Shown piece by piece: positions 37,364-46,848 of a DNA stretch of 57,890 nt (positions are counted from its first letter, which is position 1; every line of letters starts with the position of its first letter). The stretch spans positions 1 through 57,890 of the forward strand of contig JBKPSZ010000194.1 of NCBI GenBank assembly GCA_046735265.1, given 5' to 3'. Below the pieces are notes generated by a model. The model had not been told where the DNA came from, did not search any database, and worked only from the letters and a program-made list of their open reading frames with translations. A program made the translations under genes and the position numbers. Origin of the DNA: Acidobacteriota bacterium. GTDB lineage: Bacteria > Acidobacteriota > Thermoanaerobaculia > UBA5066 > Gp7-AA6.

Positions 37364-38347
37364 TCAGGGGGTGCGCGGCGGACGGGTCTGGAGCCCGATC
37401 TTCGCGAGCGCGCTTTTCCCCTCTTCCCCGTTCAGCTTCCAGTACTGGAGACGCTCGCTCGCGAGGAGAGACGCCTTCTGACCGTCGCTCGCCTCCCACT
37501 CGACGATGCGGTGCGGCTCGGCTGCCTCGACGGCGACCCGCCACGTCGGGCCGCCCGCGATCTCGACGGTCCGGCGCTCGACCTCGAACGTTCCGGCCGG
37601 GACGGTCACGCGCGTCGGCCCCGCCTCGCGCCGGAGCGTCGCGCGCTCGACCTCGAGCGGGACGTGGTTCAACCGCGACGTCTCGAGCGAGCGCAGGAGC
37701 GGCACTTCCCGGCTCTCCCCCGGCGAGAGCGACGGCGCGGCGAGGCCGCGGGCCCAGAGAAGGATGGCGTCGGCCGGCAGCGCCCCGGCGGGAACGGGAA
37801 TGGACCGACTCTGGTCCGCCTCGCCGTCGAAGTAGCTGTGCGAGGTGAGCCGCGCCGACGAGGCGTCGAAGAGGATCTGGCTGTAGACGTTCCCGCACCA
37901 CTCCTGGGAAGAGAAGGAGATCTTGGTCAGGCTCCCCGCGGGACGCCCGTTGACCGGGGTGAGCGCCACGAAGGAGCTCGTCATCAGGTTGTAGTCGTAG
38001 ATGCCCGTCGCGAAGTCCTCGACGAGATTCAGTTTCATCACCGGGAAATCGTCGGACTTCGGGTGCTTCCCAGGATCCGACTTGACGCGGACCGAATTCG
38101 AGAACGTCTCCGTCACGAAAATCGCGACCGCGACGCCCTGGCGCGGCGTCCCGTAACGACGAAAAGTCAGATCGTAGCCGGAGAGCTCCGCCCGGTTGTC
38201 CCCCCAGTGCTTCCAGAACGCGTCGCCGAAGACGAGCGCGGGCGACGGGCGCTCGGCGGCGACGGACTCGCGCCGGGCGAAACAGACCGCAGCCAGGGCT
38301 GCCGCGGCGAGGATCGCGAGGGGACGAAGAGAGCGCCGCATGATCAC
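37364..38347 (-). CDS. hypothetical secreted protein
   Basis: 327 aa. Signal peptide [24 protein letters not shown]; strong GC3 bias; no motif I can name. Confidence 0.6.
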   Translation of the reverse strand: MIMRRSLRPLAILAAAALAAVCFARRESVAAERPSPALVFGDAFWKHWGDNRAELSGYDLTFRRYGTPRQGVAVAIFVTETFSNSVRVKSDPGKHPKSDDFPVMKLNLVEDFATGIYDYNLMTSSFVALTPVNGRPAGSLTKISFSSQEWCGNVYSQILFDASSARLTSHSYFDGEADQSRSIPVPAGALPADAILLWARGLAAPSLSPGESREVPLLRSLETSRLNHVPLEVERATLRREAGPTRVTVPAGTFEVERRTVEIAGGPTWRVAVEAAEPHRIVEWEASDGQKASLLASERLQYWKLNGEEGKSALAKIGLQTRPPRTP

Positions 38348-38385
38348 CTCCGTGGCGTGCCCATCCTACCGGCGCGCTGCGTGGA

Positions 38386-38841
38386 TCAGCCGAGCAGGCC
38401 CGCGAGGACCTCCGACAGCGGCGTTCCTTCCGACACACCGGAAAGCCGCGGCAGACTCTCCCGAAGCGCCGCCAGGCGGCCAGGCTCGGCCGAAGCGTCC
38501 CACGCGATCGCGACCGGCATGTCCGTCGGAAAGTGCGGCGCGAGAGCGCGAGCGATGTAGAACCCCTGGTTTGCGGCGAGGTGCGCGACCGCCCGATCCC
38601 GGTCGCCGCCGAATCGCGGAAGAAGATCGTCGAGGTCGCCCTCGAGGTCCTCGGCCGGCGTCCGATCGAAGACGACGTCCAGGAACACCGCGTCCACGCG
38701 CCGCTCCCGGAGGATCCGCCGCGCGGAAGCGCCGTCGCGCGCATGCAGGAGCTCGACGTCCTCGCCGGCGGGAGTCAGCCGGCGAAACGCCTCGCGATAC
38801 TCCGTTCCGTCTTCCACGATGAGCAGCGTGCGCCCTTTCAC
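38386..38841 (-). CDS. atypical receiver (CheY-like) domain protein
   Basis: C-terminal 151 codons of ORF 38386..39978 from GTG 38841 (GAGGAG RBS). [13 protein letters not shown]...[10 protein letters not shown] places acidic residues where a receiver has them. There is a long insertion after the putative acceptor Asp, and I see no obvious conserved Lys. GC3 bias is strong. Confidence 0.55.
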   Translation of the reverse strand: MKGRTLLIVEDGTEYREAFRRLTPAGEDVELLHARDGASARRILRERRVDAVFLDVVFDRTPAEDLEGDLDDLLPRFGGDRDRAVAHLAANQGFYIARALAPHFPTDMPVAIAWDASAEPGRLAALRESLPRLSGVSEGTPLSEVLAGLLG

Positions 38842-39266
38842 GCGGGCTCCTCGACGGCCGGCAGATCGAGAGCCACGCCTTTCGTCAAGCCGTCGGCCGG
38901 CGCGGCCGTGACCTCGACGGAACCGCCGTTGCGGCGAAGCAGCTCCGAAACGACTCCGAAGCCGCGCTCGGCCGCGCGACCCCGGATCTCGACGGTCGTC
39001 AAGCCGGGCAGATCGTCCGCCAGGATCACGCGCAGACGCGCTTCCCCGGTGACCGGATGGCGCCGCTTCTCGGCGGCGAGCGCGAGCCGGATACGTCCTT
39101 TCCGGGAGGCGCGCCCGGCCTCGACCGGCGAAACGCAACCGAAACCCGCGACGGCAACGCCGGAGCGGGTTTTTTCTTTCCCGCCTCCGCCGGCGCCGTC
39201 CGAGAAAGGGAGGCCCGAATGTCTCGATGTCCCGTCCGGTCCGTCCGGCGCGAAGAGAGCGTCCAT
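38838..39266 (-). CDS. small degenerate HATPase_c-like protein (start uncertain)
   Basis: The C-terminal ~70 aa, [59 protein letters not shown], resemble the G1-G2-end segment of histidine-kinase/GHKL ATPase domains. No HisKA H-box or N-box is evident. Its stop overlaps the downstream GTG (GTGA at 38838-38841). The 5-prime third has poor codon bias and contains a hairpin, so the true start may differ. Confidence 0.35.
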   Translation of the reverse strand: MDALFAPDGPDGTSRHSGLPFSDGAGGGGKEKTRSGVAVAGFGCVSPVEAGRASRKGRIRLALAAEKRRHPVTGEARLRVILADDLPGLTTVEIRGRAAERGFGVVSELLRRNGGSVEVTAAPADGLTKGVALDLPAVEEPA

Positions 39267-39294
39267 CTCCAGATCGGCAAGAAAGGAAGCCACG

Positions 39295-39876
39295 ATGAGC
39301 AAGATCCTCGATCAAGTCCTCTCCGCCAACGCCGCCTACGCGCGTGACTTCGGTGACCGCGAAAGACTCGCGATGCCGCCCTCGCGCGGCTTCGCCATCC
39401 TGACCTGCATGGACGCGCGCCTCGATCCGGCCAAGTACGCCGGCCTCGCGGAAGGAGACGCGCACGTCGTTCGCAACGCCGGAGGGCGCGCGAGCGACGA
39501 CGCCATCCGATCCCTCGTCATCTCGCACAAGCTGCTCGGCACGCGCGAGTGGTTCGTCGTTCACCACACCGATTGCGGCATGGAGACGTTCACCGACGAG
39601 GTCATCCGCCGGCTCCTCGCGTCGAGCCTCCAGACTGCCCGCCTCGGACCCGACGGCTGGCAGGACTCGGGAGGCGGCGGCGGATCGGCCGAGGCGGAGT
39701 TCGTCGACTGGCTGACGATCCGCGACCGTGAGGCGAGCGTCGTCGAGGACGTCACCCGGATCCGGAGGCACCCCCTCGTCCCCTCCAGCATCCCGATCCA
39801 CGGATTCCTGTACGACGTCCGCACCGGACGGCTGAACGCCGTGACGGAGGCGCGGCTGCTCGAAAAGGTCTCCTGA
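39295..39876 (+). CDS. beta-class carbonic anhydrase
   Basis: ATG 39295 (GAAAGGAAG upstream) within ORF 38533..39876. [28 protein letters not shown] (the Cys-Asp-Arg ... His-x-x-Cys zinc site). Confidence 0.85.
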   Translation: MSKILDQVLSANAAYARDFGDRERLAMPPSRGFAILTCMDARLDPAKYAGLAEGDAHVVRNAGGRASDDAIRSLVISHKLLGTREWFVVHHTDCGMETFTDEVIRRLLASSLQTARLGPDGWQDSGGGGGSAEAEFVDWLTIRDREASVVEDVTRIRRHPLVPSSIPIHGFLYDVRTGRLNAVTEARLLEKVS

Positions 39877-39989
39877 GGCACCGCGGCGACGGCGGGAGGC
39901 CGGACCGGCCGAGCCGGCGAGACCTCCCGCAGCCGCACCCGAAGGAGTCGCCACGCGGCTCCTGAGCGGGTCGGTCAATAATCCCCGCG

Positions 39990-41420
39990 ATGCGGATCCT
40001 CTTTCTCGCGGCGGAGGCGGCGCCGTACGTCAAAGTCGGCGGCCTCGCCGACGTCGCGGGCTCGCTGCCGCAGGCCTTGCGCGAAGAGGGGCACGACGTC
40101 CGGCTCGCGATCCCCGGCTACGGCGCGATCGACTGGGACCGCTGGAAGCCCGAGCCGGTCGCGAGCTTCCCGATCCCCCACCGCGGCGGCGCGCAGAAAG
40201 CGGACGTCTATCTCGCCGCTCCCGACGTCTACTTCGTGACCGGGCCGCCGATCCCGACGCACCGCGGGATCTACGGCTCCTCGATCGCCGAGGACGCGCC
40301 GAAGTTCCTCTTCTTCTCTCTCGCGGCGCTCTGGACCTGCGGAACGCTCGGCTGGACTCCCGACGTCGTCCACGCCAACGACTGGCACACGGCCGCGGCC
40401 GTGTACTGGCTCGCGGGAGCCGGCCGGCGGGACCCTTTCTACCAGTCGATCGGGACGCTCCTGACGATCCACAACCTCCCGCACCTCGGGCAGGGGGCGG
40501 GTCCGTACCTGGGGGACTACGGCTTGACGACGTCACCCGCCATCGAGGCGCTCCCCACGCACCTGCGCGACTCGCTCCTCGGCCTCGGAGTCGTCTCGGC
40601 GGACTATCTGAACGCGGTCAGCCCGACCTACGCGCGCGAGATCATGACGGCGGAAAACGGTCACGGCCTGGACGGCGTCCTTCGCGCCCGCGGAGATCAC
40701 CTGGCCGGCGTGTTGAACGGCATCGACACGGCTTTCTGGAACCCCGCTTCGGACCCGCACATCGCTCAGAAGTACGGCGCGGCGACTCTGGAGAAGCGCG
40801 CGGCGAACAAGTCCGCCCTCCAGCACGACGCGGGGCTGGCGCGGGGGGCCCGCATCCCGCTCGCCGCGGTCGTGTCGCGCCTCGACCATCAGAAGGGGCT
40901 CGACATCGCGGTCCCGGCTCTCTGGGGGTGGCTCGAGGCCGGCGGGCAGTTCGTCCTGCTCGGCTCCGGCGACTCGAAGCTCGAGCACGAATTCGCGCAG
41001 ATGGAGGCGCAGCGTCCCGGTCGGGCGAGCGTCCGCCTCCGGTTCGACGCCCCCTACGCGCACCGCATCTACGCCGGCGCGGACCTCGTCCTCATCCCTT
41101 CGCGGTACGAGCCGTGCGGCCTGACCCAGATGATCGCAATGCGCTACGGCGCCGCGCCCGTGGCCCGTCGAACAGGAGGGCTGGCGGACACCGTCATCGA
41201 CGCCGGAGACCCGGGCGGGACCGGCCTCCTGTTCGACGAGTTGAAGCCCGAGGCGCTCGCGGACGCGCTCGAGCGCGCCCTCGCGGTGTACTCTGATCCC
41301 CCCCGATGGCGCGATCTCCAGCGGCGCGGCATGCAGACGGATTTTTCGTGGGGGCGCTCGGCGCGCTCCTACTCGGAATTGTACGAACTGGCGAAGGCCA
41401 ATCACCCGGCGCCGGAGTGA
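39990..41420 (+). CDS. glgA: glycogen synthase (ADP-glucose type, GT5)
   Basis: [30 protein letters not shown]. 476 aa, with a typical GT-B C-terminus ([17 protein letters not shown]). Confidence 0.9.
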   Translation: MRILFLAAEAAPYVKVGGLADVAGSLPQALREEGHDVRLAIPGYGAIDWDRWKPEPVASFPIPHRGGAQKADVYLAAPDVYFVTGPPIPTHRGIYGSSIAEDAPKFLFFSLAALWTCGTLGWTPDVVHANDWHTAAAVYWLAGAGRRDPFYQSIGTLLTIHNLPHLGQGAGPYLGDYGLTTSPAIEALPTHLRDSLLGLGVVSADYLNAVSPTYAREIMTAENGHGLDGVLRARGDHLAGVLNGIDTAFWNPASDPHIAQKYGAATLEKRAANKSALQHDAGLARGARIPLAAVVSRLDHQKGLDIAVPALWGWLEAGGQFVLLGSGDSKLEHEFAQMEAQRPGRASVRLRFDAPYAHRIYAGADLVLIPSRYEPCGLTQMIAMRYGAAPVARRTGGLADTVIDAGDPGGTGLLFDELKPEALADALERALAVYSDPPRWRDLQRRGMQTDFSWGRSARSYSELYELAKANHPAPE

Positions 41421-41433
41421 AGAGGCGGGCGGC

Positions 41434-42678
41434 GTGAAGACGCGTGCGGTCATTCTTGCCGGCGGCGAGGGCTCGCGACTCGGAGTGCTCACCCACAAGC
41501 GCGCCAAGCCCGCCGTTCCCTTCGCGGGCAAGTACCGCATCATCGATTTCACGCTCTCCAACTGCGCGAACTCGGGAATCGCCGACGTGATGATCCTGAC
41601 GCAGTACCGGCCGCACTCCTTGAACGAGCACATCGGAGCGGGCCGCGCGTGGGATCTCGACCGCAGCCTCTCGGGCGGGGTCCAGATCTACGCGCCCTAC
41701 CGGGATCGCCGCGCGACCGACTGGTACAAGGGGACGGCCGACGCGGTCTTTCAGAACCTGTCGTTCGTCGAGCGCCACCAGCCCGACCTCGTGCTCGTCC
41801 TCTCGGGCGACCACATCTACAAGATGAACTACGGAGCGCTCATCGAGCACCACATCCAGCACGAGGCGGAGATGACGATCGCGACGCGCAACGTCTCCCG
41901 CGAGGACGCGACGCGCATGGGGATCCTCGCGGTCAACTCCGACCACCTCGTCACCGACTTCGTCGAGAAGCCGAAGGACCCGCCGGGCACGCTCGCCTCG
42001 ATGGGGATCTACGTCTTCAACCGCGACGTCCTGTCCCGGGCGCTCTCCGACGACGCGAAGAAGCGCGACTCTTCTCACGACTTCGGCAAGAACATCATTC
42101 CGTGGATGGTCGACGCCGGCGCGCCCGTGTACGCCTATCCCTTCGAAGGGTACTGGGTCGACGTCGGGACGATCGAGTCGTACTGGCAGACGCAGATGGA
42201 GCTGCTCGACGAGCCGCCGCCTCTCGACTTGAACGACCGCTCCTGGATCATCCACACCAAGTCGGAGGAGCGCCCCCCCGTGATGGTGCGGGAAGGCGCG
42301 ATCGTGCGCGACAGCCTGATCACCGACGGCTGCGTGATCCAGGCCGGGGCGCTCGTCGAGCGCTGCGTTCTCTCCCCCGGCGTCACCGTGGGAATCAACG
42401 CGATCCTGCGGGAGTCCGTCGTGCTGACCGATGCGACGATCGGCGCCGGGGCCCGCATGCAGCGCGCCATCGTGGACAAGTCGGTGAAGGTCGGCAAGGG
42501 AGCCCGCATCGGAGGGCGCCTCCGCCACGGCGACGGCAGGGTCGAAGGACTCGGCCTGACCACGGTCGGCAAGAACGCGCAGATCGCCGAGAAGACCGAG
42601 ATCCCGATCGGCGCGTCGATCGAATCGGACGAGGAGGCGGTCCCGCCGCCGAAGGACCGCGCCGCCGCGAGGTCGTAG
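41434..42678 (+). CDS. glgC: glucose-1-phosphate adenylyltransferase
   Basis: GTG start. [45 protein letters not shown], and a left-handed beta-helix C-terminus. Confidence 0.9.
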   Translation: MKTRAVILAGGEGSRLGVLTHKRAKPAVPFAGKYRIIDFTLSNCANSGIADVMILTQYRPHSLNEHIGAGRAWDLDRSLSGGVQIYAPYRDRRATDWYKGTADAVFQNLSFVERHQPDLVLVLSGDHIYKMNYGALIEHHIQHEAEMTIATRNVSREDATRMGILAVNSDHLVTDFVEKPKDPPGTLASMGIYVFNRDVLSRALSDDAKKRDSSHDFGKNIIPWMVDAGAPVYAYPFEGYWVDVGTIESYWQTQMELLDEPPPLDLNDRSWIIHTKSEERPPVMVREGAIVRDSLITDGCVIQAGALVERCVLSPGVTVGINAILRESVVLTDATIGAGARMQRAIVDKSVKVGKGARIGGRLRHGDGRVEGLGLTTVGKNAQIAEKTEIPIGASIESDEEAVPPPKDRAAARS

Positions 42679-42689
42679 AATCCCGCGCC

Positions 42690-43070
42690 ATGAGACTGTC
42701 GCGAATCATCCTGGTCCTTCTCGTTCTGGCTCTCGCCTGGTGGCTCTGGACGAAATCGGGAATCTTCTCGAGCGGCTCGGGAAGCGAAGCGTCGACCGCG
42801 CCCGTCGACCGGGCCCGGACCGCGGCCGCCGCGAGCGGGGCGCGCGCCTCGGAGACCGGCCAGGCGCAGCGCGAAGCGGACGCGGCCGCTCCCTCGGGCG
42901 GCGCGATCTCCGAGAACATGACGCCGGATCAGGTGCGGTCGCTCCTCGGATCGCCGGACGAGACCCGAACCGAGACCTCCGAGACCGGCGCCTCGAGAGA
43001 GCGATGGATCTACCGAAGCGTCGGCAAGAGCGTCGTCTTCGAGAACGGGGTGGTGATCCGTGTGGAATAG
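42690..43070 (+). CDS. hypothetical membrane-anchored small protein
   Basis: ATG 42690 within ORF 41649..43070. N-terminal TM IILVLLVLALAWWLW; C-terminal MTPDQVRSLLGSPD...ERWIY...VVFENGVV resembles a SmpA/OmlA (BamE)-like fold. It overlaps the next gene by 11 nt. Confidence 0.5.
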   Translation: MRLSRIILVLLVLALAWWLWTKSGIFSSGSGSEASTAPVDRARTAAAASGARASETGQAQREADAAAPSGGAISENMTPDQVRSLLGSPDETRTETSETGASRERWIYRSVGKSVVFENGVVIRVE

Positions 43071-45201
43071 AGCCCTTCGGTCTTCGCGAATCGTCGGCTT
43101 CGGAATCCTACTGGCGGGGACCGCCGCGGCGGTCGGACCGACGGCCGGACCCCCCGAAACGAAGAAGGACGGGACGCGAGAGACGGTCCAGGGCGTCGAG
43201 ATCACGGACCCGTACCGCTGGCTCGAAGAGCAGGACGCGCCGGAGACCCGCGCCTGGATCGACGCCCAGAACGGCTACACGAAGCGGGTTCTCGACCAGG
43301 CCCCGGGGCGCGCCGGGCTCGAGAAGCGGATCGCCGAGCTCCTGAAAGTGGACATCATCACGACGCCGACGGAAAAGGGGGGGCGCTACTTCTTCTCTCG
43401 GCGCGCCGCCGACCGCGACCTGCCGGTCCTCTACGTGCGCTCCGGGCTGCGCGGCTCAGACGAGGTGCTCGTCGATCCGGACAAGCTCTCCCCGGATCAC
43501 ACGCTCTCGGCGAGCTTCCTCGACGTCTCCAACGACGGAAGCCTCGTGGTGTACGGGGTCCGCCACGGCGGCGAGGACGAGCAGATCGTGCGGCTCCTCG
43601 CCGTGGACGGACGCAAGGCGCTGCCGGACGAGCTTCCCCGCGCGCGCTACTCGGGCGTCTCGCTGACCGCCGACAAGAAGACGATCTACTACTCCCGGCA
43701 GACGAAGGAGGGCCCGCGCGTCTTCCGCCACGACCTGGGGACCGACCCGGCCTCGGACGCGAAGCTCTTCGGCGACGGGTACGGACCGGAAAAGATCATC
43801 GGCACCTCGCTGTCCGACGACGGCAAGTACCTGGTCCTCGTCGTCTCCCACGGCTCGGCCGCGACGAAAACGGAGGTGTACTTCCAGGAGATCGCGGCCG
43901 GCGGCCCGCTCCGCCCCGTCGTCAACGACGTCGAGGCGCGCTTCGCGCCCCGCGTCGGAGGGGACACGATGTTCCTGCAGACCAACTGGGAGTCGCCGAA
44001 CGGGCGCGTCCTCGCGGTGGACTTGAAGTCCCCCGCTCGCGAAAACTGGAAAGAGGTCGTCCCGCAAGGCAAGTCGGCGATCCAGGACACCGCCGCGGCC
44101 GGCGGCCGCCTCTTCGTGCGCTACTCCGAGAACGTCGTGCCGAAGGTCCGGATCTTCGAGCCGAGCGGCAAGAGCGTCGGCGAGATCTCGGACCCCTCGA
44201 TCGGGACCGTCAGCAACGTCGCGGGGGACTGGGACAAGAAAGAGGGCTTCTACACGTATCAGTCCTACGTCGTGCCGTCGAAGATCTATCGATACGACAT
44301 CGCGACCGGCTCCCGATCGGTTTTCGCCGAGACGCACGTCCCGATCGCGAGCGACCGTTACGAGGTCGAGCAGGTGCGCTATCCCTCGAAGGACGGCACC
44401 GAAATCCCGATGTTCCTCGTGCACCGCAAGGGGATGGCGCGGGACGGACGGAACCCGGCTCTCCTCACGGGATACGGTGGCTTCACGCTCTCCTCGACAC
44501 CCGGGTATTCGGCGCTCGCGGCGCTCTGGGTCGAGCTCGGAGGCGTTTACGCCGTCGCCAACCTGCGCGGCGGCGGCGAGTTCGGCGAGGCCTGGCACAA
44601 GGCCGGCATGCTCGAGAGGAAGCAGAACGTCTTCGACGACTTCATCGCGGCATCCGAGTGGCTCATCGCGCAGAAGTGGACCTCGCGGGAGAGGCTCGCG
44701 ATCGCGGGCGGATCGAACGGGGGCCTCCTGGTCGGCGCGGCCCTGACGCAGCGACCGGAGCTCTTCCGCGCGGTCGTCTGCTCCTACCCTCTGCTCGACA
44801 TGGTGCGCTACCACAAGTTCCTCGTGGCGGGATACTGGGTTCCGGAGTACGGCTCCTCGGAGAACGCGGAGCAGTTCAAGTACCTCTACGCCTACTCTCC
44901 GTACCATCGGGTCAAGGCAGGAACGCCGTATCCGGCGGTCCTCTTCATCACGGGCGACTCCGACACGCGCGTGGCGCCCCTGCACGCGCGGAAGATGACG
45001 GCTCTGATGCAGGCGGACAGCGCCGATCAGGCGGACCGGCCGGTGCTCCTCTACTACGACAAGCAGGCCGGCCATTCCCGCGGTTTCATCACGCCGGTCT
45101 CGAAGCAGATCGAGGATCTCTCGACGGAGCTCCTCTTTCTGACCTGGCAACTCGGCATGGAGGCGTCGCCGGCGGCGAAACCGGCGAAAAAGGCGGCCTG
45201 A
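43060..45201 (+). CDS. prolyl oligopeptidase (S9A family)
   Basis: 713 aa with a signal peptide. ITDPYRWLEEQDAPETRAWIDAQNGYT; catalytic GGSNGGLLVG (Ser), GDSDTRV (Asp) and QAGHS (His). Confidence 0.9.
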   Translation: MWNRALRSSRIVGFGILLAGTAAAVGPTAGPPETKKDGTRETVQGVEITDPYRWLEEQDAPETRAWIDAQNGYTKRVLDQAPGRAGLEKRIAELLKVDIITTPTEKGGRYFFSRRAADRDLPVLYVRSGLRGSDEVLVDPDKLSPDHTLSASFLDVSNDGSLVVYGVRHGGEDEQIVRLLAVDGRKALPDELPRARYSGVSLTADKKTIYYSRQTKEGPRVFRHDLGTDPASDAKLFGDGYGPEKIIGTSLSDDGKYLVLVVSHGSAATKTEVYFQEIAAGGPLRPVVNDVEARFAPRVGGDTMFLQTNWESPNGRVLAVDLKSPARENWKEVVPQGKSAIQDTAAAGGRLFVRYSENVVPKVRIFEPSGKSVGEISDPSIGTVSNVAGDWDKKEGFYTYQSYVVPSKIYRYDIATGSRSVFAETHVPIASDRYEVEQVRYPSKDGTEIPMFLVHRKGMARDGRNPALLTGYGGFTLSSTPGYSALAALWVELGGVYAVANLRGGGEFGEAWHKAGMLERKQNVFDDFIAASEWLIAQKWTSRERLAIAGGSNGGLLVGAALTQRPELFRAVVCSYPLLDMVRYHKFLVAGYWVPEYGSSENAEQFKYLYAYSPYHRVKAGTPYPAVLFITGDSDTRVAPLHARKMTALMQADSADQADRPVLLYYDKQAGHSRGFITPVSKQIEDLSTELLFLTWQLGMEASPAAKPAKKAA

Positions 45202-45231
45202 TCGGCGGCGACCGTCTGCGCCCGCGGACGG

Positions 45232-45744
45232 CTATTGCTGCGGGATGATCGTCTCGGTGACCGGGCGGCCGTCGGCCCCATCGCGGCCGAAGATGTCGAC
45301 GGATTCGACCTTGAGGGTCATGCCCGGTTTCTCTTTCACGAAGATCCGCTCGAGAATCGCCGGACGTCCGCCGATCGTGCCGAGAGCAACGGGACAGCCA
45401 TCGCGCATCGCGACGATGAAGGGGCGCTTCTTCCCGGCCTTGAGTCGGAAAGCGAAGGTGCCGGGATCCTCTCCAGGATCGACGTCGAATCCATAGGCCC
45501 GCTGGCGCTCGACGCGGTTCAACTCCTCGCGCCGCCCGTCCTGCGCCTTCAAGAGCCAGTAAACGACGACGGGGTTCTTCGGGTCGAGCTCCCCCGAATC
45601 CCCGAGCCGCGCGTCGTACACGACGACGTTGGCGTTCTTGCTCCGCTCGATGGTGAAGAGATGGGCGGGGCAAGGCGTCGCGGGCGACGGCGGCTCCTGG
45701 ACGATCCCAAGCGCGAGCGAAGCGACGAGAAGAAATGCAGGCAT
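45232..45744 (-). CDS. DUF4833-like secreted protein
   Basis: 170 aa with a signal peptide. LFTIERSKNANVVVYDARL...NPVVVYWLL...ELNRVERQRAYGFDV matches my recollection of the DUF4833 pattern. It lies 8 nt downstream of the hydrolase gene on the same strand. Confidence 0.5.
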   Translation of the reverse strand: MPAFLLVASLALGIVQEPPSPATPCPAHLFTIERSKNANVVVYDARLGDSGELDPKNPVVVYWLLKAQDGRREELNRVERQRAYGFDVDPGEDPGTFAFRLKAGKKRPFIVAMRDGCPVALGTIGGRPAILERIFVKEKPGMTLKVESVDIFGRDGADGRPVTETIIPQQ

Positions 45745-45751
45745 GCCCGAA

Positions 45752-46813
45752 CTATAACGACCGAAAGAGGGCTTCTTCGAGGAGCTCCTCCGCCCACGAC
45801 CTCGGGCGCCAGGGCAGAACGCCTTCCACGAACCCGACGTGCCCGCCCCTTTCGCTCACGGCGAAGCGCACCGCGGGCGAGGCCGCCTGGCGCGCCTCCT
45901 CGACCGTCGCCGCCGGGAGAAAGGGGTCGTCCCGCGCCGAGACGCAGAGCGTGGGCGTGTCGATCTCCGAAAGGTACCGGAGAGAGCTCGACCGGGCATA
46001 GTAGTCGTCCACGCCCGCGAAGGAGTGGAGCGGCGCGGTCGCCGCGTCGTCGAACTCGCGGAAGGTTCTCGCCCGCTCGACGCGCGGGACGTCGATCGCG
46101 CCCGCGGCCTCGGAAAAGCGCCGCGCCGTGTCGAGCGCCTTGACGCGAAGGGTCGAGAGGAGCGACGCCGTGTAGAGGCGTCCGACACCGGTCTCGAGCT
46201 TTCTCGCGCCGGCCGCGAGGTCATAGGGAACGGAGATCGAAGCCGCCCGCCGCACGAGACGCTGGCCGGGGTGCTCTCCCAGCCACTTGAGAAGGACGTT
46301 GCCGCCGAGCGAGACGCCGACGGCGGCGATCTCGGCGTCCGGCTCGCGCGCCGCGATCGAACGCAGGAGGAAGTCGAGGTCCTGCGTCTCGCCCGAGTGG
46401 TAGAGGCGCGGGCGCCGGTTGGGCAGCATCCGGAAGGGCCGTCGCGGATCGCGGGCGCACGACCGGAAATTCAACGCCGCGCCGCGGTATCCCCGGCGTC
46501 GGGCGAGGCGCAGGAGCCCCTGGGCGTAGACGGAAAAGGAGCTGCCCTCGAGGCCGTGGAGGACGACGAGGACCGGCGCTCCCCGCGGGCCCGCGATCCA
46601 GTCCACGAGGAGCTCGTCCCCGTCCGGCGTCTCGAGGCGCTCGCGCTCGAGGGGAAGGAGCCCGCGGCGCCGCGCGAAGCGGCCGCCGAGCGTCTGCGCG
46701 TGCGCGCCCGGAAGCCACCAGGCGGGCCGAAACGCGGGCCCGCCGGGATAGACTTCGCCCTTCGGCCCGGCCAGCGGGTCCGCCCGGCGTCCGGAGCCGC
46801 GAGAAGAAATCAA
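45752..46813 (-). CDS. alpha/beta hydrolase (YheT/ABHD1-3-like)
   Basis: 353 aa, TTG start. WWLPGAHAQTL, VLHGLEGSS, nucleophile GVSLGGNVLLKWLGE, and a C-terminal GGHVGF. Confidence 0.8.
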   Translation of the reverse strand: MISSRGSGRRADPLAGPKGEVYPGGPAFRPAWWLPGAHAQTLGGRFARRRGLLPLERERLETPDGDELLVDWIAGPRGAPVLVVLHGLEGSSFSVYAQGLLRLARRRGYRGAALNFRSCARDPRRPFRMLPNRRPRLYHSGETQDLDFLLRSIAAREPDAEIAAVGVSLGGNVLLKWLGEHPGQRLVRRAASISVPYDLAAGARKLETGVGRLYTASLLSTLRVKALDTARRFSEAAGAIDVPRVERARTFREFDDAATAPLHSFAGVDDYYARSSSLRYLSEIDTPTLCVSARDDPFLPAATVEEARQAASPAVRFAVSERGGHVGFVEGVLPWRPRSWAEELLEEALFRSL

Positions 46814-46848
46814 GCCCCCGGCCTCAAATCTTTTCGACGGAGGTACGA

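Noticed and set aside
38386-39978. 530-aa (-) and 447-aa (+, 38533..39876) ORFs
   Set aside because: Only the terminal parts are credible: the receiver-like 151 codons on the minus strand and the 193-codon beta-carbonic anhydrase on the plus strand. The N-terminal extensions are low complexity and overlap each other.
39940-39989. AATAAT hexamer 8 nt upstream of the glgA ATG, considered as a -10 for another leaderless transcript
   Set aside because: No acceptable -35 element lies at 16-18 nt spacing, and the evidence is a single hexamer. That is too weak to report as a feature.
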